NCBI GenBank assembly: GCA_012295275.1
Contig: CM022673.1
Span: forward strand, 558,001-622,000
Length of the DNA: 64,000 nucleotides
DNA from: Chrysomallon squamiferum
Lineage: Eukaryota; Animalia; Mollusca
Direction of reading: 5' to 3'
Shown: positions 58,325 to 64,000 of the stretch, one piece after another
How positions within the stretch are numbered: the first letter of the stretch is position 1
Layout: every line of letters begins with the position of its first letter
Made by a program: the position numbers and the translations under genes
The notes under the pieces: generated by a model
The model's database searches: none
The model's input: the letters and a program-made list of their open reading frames with translations, nothing else
Told to the model about the DNA's origin: nothing

Positions 58325-58400
58325 GGAATTGAACCTAAGACCTATGGTAACTAAAACAAACCTTCACAAGTTTGCTAACAATGACTGATTGCCCACCAGC
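58325..58400 (-). mobile_element. Possible decayed tRNA-derived SINE head
   Basis: The minus strand reads ggtcttaGGTTCAATTCC, matching the Pol III B-box (58335->58325). The A-box is not convincing. Confidence 0.25.
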
Positions 58401-59378
58401 AGTTCACAATAAAGCTTATTAAAATATACATGGAAATGAAAGAACCTTGTACCAGTCTTATCATTTCTGATAAAGCTTATCCTATCCAGTAAACAAAAGC
58501 AACAAAATGTAACTTTCTCCATGCCACTGACAAGACACTCTGAGTTTCTGACATCAATTGTTGCTCATTAAGTTTTGTATATCTTGGTAAGCAGCCAAAT
58601 CTCAGTGCCTGTCATCTCCCCCCCCCCAACATTGATAATACCTGGGTCAGCTGTTCTTGTGGCCATTTTATATGGTAAAAGTTTATGAAAACTGCAACTA
58701 ATTTTAACCATTTATGTGGGCATTTAGCCTATTATCAGAACTTTGTCAATCTGACAGTGTTGTTTTCAAGGATGCAGTTAGCCTATTGTAATGGTTAAAT
58801 AACTTTGGTCAAACTGAAAGTGGTTTTGGTGCTATATTTATGATAAATATCTTGTTTATTTCACCTTTTGCCAAAACTACATAATTTTGAACAAAAATGT
58901 GACTGGTTTTGGTGACCATATTTGTAAAACTTATAAGAGTATTTAAATTACTGATTAGAATTATTGTGTGTGTGTGTGTGTATACGTGCATAGATAAATA
59001 CATATGGTCCTGACAACCTTATGTTTACTATACATTCAAATATTAAACTTGTCATTTACTGTAAATGAAAGGAACAAATTGTTTTTATGGCTATATTATA
59101 CGAATTTGTCCACCCATTTAACTTGTGTCCTATTAAAATTGAATACCTGATTCTGATGAAAACAAACAAGTGTACTGTTAGATTCCCTGAACACAAAATA
59201 ATGTCGTAAATTAAAAAAATGATTTTAAAAAAATGTGAATCAAAACAAAGCATTATTTTCAAATGCAATGTATTAATAATAATTTTTATAAATATTAATG
59301 GACAAAAAAAATACTGTAAACCATAATTTATTAAATAAGCTTTTAAAAAAGAATTTTTGGCTTTGTTTTTTTCATATT

Positions 59379-59420
<42 letters not shown>

Positions 59421-60492
59421 AACTTAATAGCCAATTCAACAACATATATCCATTCAAATATTTAACAAAGAGCAATAAAAATACAACACAAAGTTTATAG
59501 TAAAGGTCAAACTTAATTGACAATAATTGACATTCATAACAACAGATACTTACATCTACTTGTACAAGAGGAAATAAAACAAATAATGAGTGTTTTAATA
59601 ATCATGAGTAATCTGAGGGCATGTTTACAAGTACCATAAAATTTAGAACTTTCTTTTTTCCTTTTTTTTTCTTTCTACGCAGTTATCTTTAATTTAAGAA
59701 TGTATGAATGAAAAAAAAAAACCAGTAGACTGTACATGAATTAATTAAATCAGTAAGAAATGAAATGCAATGTCCTGCTAATTAACCAAACGAATTAAAG
59801 AATGTCTAAATGAAACTAAATGAATAATTTGTAAGCACCCACTCACCAAAAAAAAAAAAAAAAAAAAAAAAAAGAGTAATAATAATAAAAAATAATAAAA
59901 AGATAGTGTAATAACTGAAGGTTGTAATTTTCTTCTTTTTTTTAAATATATTTTAAAACTTAAAATATTTGCATTAAACATAATTATCAGTTTAATTAAG
60001 ACTTATTTCACAACCTTAATATTCAAGCTATGAAAAGCTTTGGGTTGAAATGTGGTAATATCCTAACTATCTACCAGGAAGATTTGATCTTGTAACCTGT
60101 CACACACAATGGACATATTTTACAACCACACTAAATCCCTTCTTTAGCCACACCGAGTCCACACTGAATTAATATAGCAAGGCTTGAATAGTGTGGGATT
60201 TGTTATCCAAAGAATGTAATTTTGTTGTAAATAATTTAAAATCCAAATCGCTTATGGCATTCTCTTAATTAGAAGATTACGAACTGTTGGTCATTTAATT
60301 CCAGATTTTCTGACTGGAGTTATAATGTAACAGTGCAGTATATGTTACTGGTAAAAGCTTTAAGTGAATGTATTCCTTATGTGAAAAAGCAATATCCTAC
60401 TCAGAAAATAAACTGAATGAATGAACCAATTAACAAATGATTCACTCCATTATTTATTTGTTATATGAAAGGTTTAGGAAAGATTTTTCTAT

Positions 60493-60530
<38 letters not shown>

Positions 60531-60625
60531 TTCAACAAATTCTGTTTTAGTTTATTATAATTAACTGTAGTTGTGTTTTATTTTAGTATATTTTTATTTG
60601 ATTAAAAATAATAATAATAATATTA

Positions 60626-60673
60626 ATTATAACTGCTTGTATAACAATAATTATAACTGCTTGTATAACAATA
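60626..60673. repeat. Perfect 24-bp tandem duplication (attataactgcttgtataacaata x2)
   Basis: Directly visible. Confidence 0.95.
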
Positions 60674-61180
60674 TAAATAACTTTTATCATACAAATGCAA
60701 TCAAAACTTTTTGCCATATTATTTAAATTTATGAAAAAAAGAAGTTTTATATATCAAATTTTAAAAATGACATTAACCCATAATCAACAAGGGAGGAAAA
60801 AAACAACAACAAAAAAAAAACCTCAAAGATTTTATATAATTTTATATTAATTATAATTCTAAATGAAAATTCTTCTAAACAAATTAATTACCAAACTATG
60901 TTTTTAAGTTATTTAATTACTTTCTTTCTGACTTTCAGGAAGCAATAATGTTCTAACTTATGATTCCCATTACAACTGAAAAATCTCAACCATAGCCGAA
61001 ATATTCTTTCAACAGCAAATTCCATAATCAATAAACCAAATTACATGAGAAAATTTTTCTTTTTAAAATTCCAAACTAAAAGCTGCTGTAAAGCTGTTAT
61101 CAATGAACAAATAAAAAAAAATAAAAATAAAGCCGACACAAGACAATGGACACAACAACAGGTACAACTGTAGAACCTAC

Positions 61181-61302
61181 CTGTAGATTGAGTGACTCAA
61201 TGGCAGCGTTGTCGCTGGTTCTAAGAACAACGTTCCCCAGCCTGCTGCGATGGGGAAGGCAGCAGTTTGAAGAGATGTCCGGCTTGTGCCCAATGCCTCC
61301 AT
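61181..61302 (-). CDS. Candidate upstream or alternative first coding exon of SoxD (MEALGTSRTSLQTAAFPIAAGWGTLFLEPATTLPLSHSIY-R)
   Basis: ATG at 61302 with an in-frame TGA 4 codons upstream. 122 nt open (40 codons + 2) to the donor CAG|gtaggt. Phase 2 joins in frame to G AGT ATG of the SoxD exon. Lies in a CpG-rich island (9 CpG in about 255 bp). Confidence 0.4.
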
Positions 61303-64000
61303 CAGTCCCACTCATCAATACTTTGTGCCAACAACAATAGGCAGCAGGCGAGCCGCTGATCCTTGTAGAAATGACACCAAGCGGTGATCTCAATTACAGA
61401 AGAGTAATGCAGTGATTTGCTTGAAAAAAGAAAATTCTCTCCCAAAAAGAAATATAACTTTGATTTTTTTTTTTCAATAATATTTTATATAATATAGATC
61501 ATTGTATTTTTTTCTTTCCTTTTTCATCTAAATACTGTCTAATGTTTCATTATTGTTATATTTTTGTATTATTATTCCTATTATTTGTTTTTTTTAAAAA
61601 CTGATTTTCCAAGTATCACTAAGTCAAAAGCCGTGTACTTTTGTCTGTTTTGAATTTTATTCTGTTTTGAATTTTCTGTCTCAACACTTGTTTAATTGAA
61701 CAAAATGACTGGTCGATGCAGAAATGACAGTCCTGACAGGCGGGTTAATTAAAAGTTCTGCTTATTCATCAGTAATGTTCCAAAATGAAGTGAGCCAGAA
61801 AAAAATCTTCACACAAATTTCAGTCATTATCTGCTTTCCTCTATATGAATACAGTCTAGACAAGTAAAAATATATATTTTAAATACAACAAGAAAGGAAC
61901 TTGATAAAGTTCATTATTATTTTTTTGTATCTCAAATATTTGGTTCATTAGAATAATGTTCTAATTAATGACAAAGCTCATTCACCAGTAAATACAACAG
62001 ATCTATTCCACTATCTGAAGCTGATAATCAAAGTTAAAACCAGAATTATCCATTCACAGATTTTTATCAAAGTTGTCACAACATGAAACAAATATCCTAT
62101 TTAGGCTGAGCTGAAAAAAAAAAAAAGTATATATAAATTGTACGAATTCTTGAAATCAGGAATCCAAAGAAACGGTTGTAAACTCAGCTCTGCCAAAGGT
62201 AGTGATGGTGAGGTGCAAAGTACGGCACTAATGAGGAAGAAAAGGAATGCTGTTTGCCAGTGCCAGTTTTAACCCTCTGTGACAGGTTGATGGTAGTTGT
62301 TGCGGCACCTCCAATTGATATTAGATTCTCTCTTAACCAAGTGACTACTGTACATGTTCAACACAGGAAATTATTGACTGAGGGGTTTCCGTATTGACGA
62401 GAAAATACCAGCTATATGGACACAAGTCAATTGTTAATTAGGCCCTGTTTCAAGCAACAAGTCCAAAACTCTTCAAAAGTAAATACTGCATACACAAGGA
62501 TTTATGCTGTGTGTGTGTCAAATATCAGGCAGAGTGAAAAGCGGAAGACAGCTCTGTTAAACAGACATATACAAATACATTCAATGCATTTTCATTTTCT
62601 ATTAGAAAAAAATGCATCTGAAGTTGTGATAAAAAGAAATCACTGTCTGAATAAGTGATCATTATTCATATTAAAAATTAAAAAGATATTTGTCATCCTT
62701 CTTCCCTAATCCATTTACTTTTCACAACTTAACCCTAACTTCACTAATAAAACCAATAAAATATGAATGATTTCAGTTTTATTTTAGAAGATATGTCTGA
62801 TATTTTACTAACATACAATTCTTCAATTAGTAATATTAGACATCTTGTTTGAAAAACCATCAAATACATTTATTTTCAATAAATAAAACTGATTTCCTTT
62901 ATATGCAAATAAATATATAAAAGTAAAGAAAAATACTCCCAGCTTTCTTAATAATCATACTATAAAGCAGAGGCAGAGTTTACATACACGATGAAATATG
63001 AGGACATATATGTGAAGTTCTTCAAATCAGGAAAAGGAAAGGGATGTTTTAATATCACTGCAGTATATTGTTAAATTAATATCCAAGTTGTTTAACAACG
63101 GACAAATGTTTCCAAATCAAATATTAAGTTTAAAAGAAAATCATGAGTTGTAAACTTTATCTAAATGAAATATTTGTATCAGGAATCAGCCCTCAGTTAT
63201 AAAATGATAGAAATTTTGACTAAGCAAATGATTTTCAGGGATCAGAAGTATCTTTATTATATTTAAAATAATCACTTTTTAAATATTTAAAGAAATATTA
63301 TTGAACTTTTTATATTTTCATTTTTATTTAAAAGAATTTAGGACAATATTTCTGTACTGTAAACAGTTCAGTTCTCATAAGTTGATGTTATAAGGTCTGT
63401 CATTTTATGAGAAACTGTTTCTATTTAAAAAAATATGATACCAAAGTACTTCCTTTAAAAATAAAATATATGAAAATATGGAGGGAATTTTTTTATATAT
63501 ACATTTTTTACTTTTTGTTTTTCTTCAACAGAAATGTCAAACGGCAACAACAATTGTTCTTGAAAAATCCTTACATTAGTTCTGCAGTTATTCTGTGTAC
63601 TGCAAAGAGAATGGATGGCCTAATCAATAATATGATATCAGTATTATTGAAGATGACAAGCATGTTTACCAACACTTAATTACTGCTCAGAATCCTCTCT
63701 GCAGCTAGAGATTGGAGAGGACCCCATTGTTGTTGAATTACACAAGCTATTCCATGCCGCGTATGCACGACACTCCAGCTTCAAATTAATTCTGAGGTCA
63801 TCACTCAATATTATTGAGATTCCAACACTTTGGAAATCTTTCTGAAGGAATTCTATTGTCTGAGGCTCTGCAACTTGCTGTGCAACAATGTTCCATTGTC
63901 ACTTGGCACTGCTTCTCAGATATGTAAATACAGACCCCTGTCCGATTCTTTCCTGCAAATAATCAGCAGGATCTAATGAAATCCATACAAACTCTTTCGT

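Noticed and set aside
58703-58799. TTAA-bounded 10-bp inverted repeat (piggyBac-like)
   Set aside because: Too short and AT-rich to exceed chance.

Overview
AT-rich, CpG-depleted, microsatellite-rich animal genomic DNA. It is probably from an invertebrate bilaterian, possibly a mollusc, but the species cannot be determined from sequence alone. The only well-supported coding sequence is a 553-nt minus-strand exon (6387->5835) encoding the N-terminus of a SoxD (Sox5/6/13/Sox102F-type) transcription factor, with clean splice sites. Most of the rest is best read as SoxD introns and upstream regulatory sequence. It contains a decayed Tc1/mariner transposase, a 221-bp Tc1/mariner-type MITE, several degenerate minisatellites and local duplications, and many 200-700-bp islands of balanced composition that may be enhancers. 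The best leads are two candidate upstream exons (61302->61181 and 42436->42426) that would each splice in frame to the SoxD exon across about 55-kb and 36-kb introns, an overlapping uORF in the first of these, CpG-retaining islands toward the right end, paired SOX sites, and a near-perfect 22-bp intronic hairpin. I see no prokaryotic features and no clearly novel multi-gene system.
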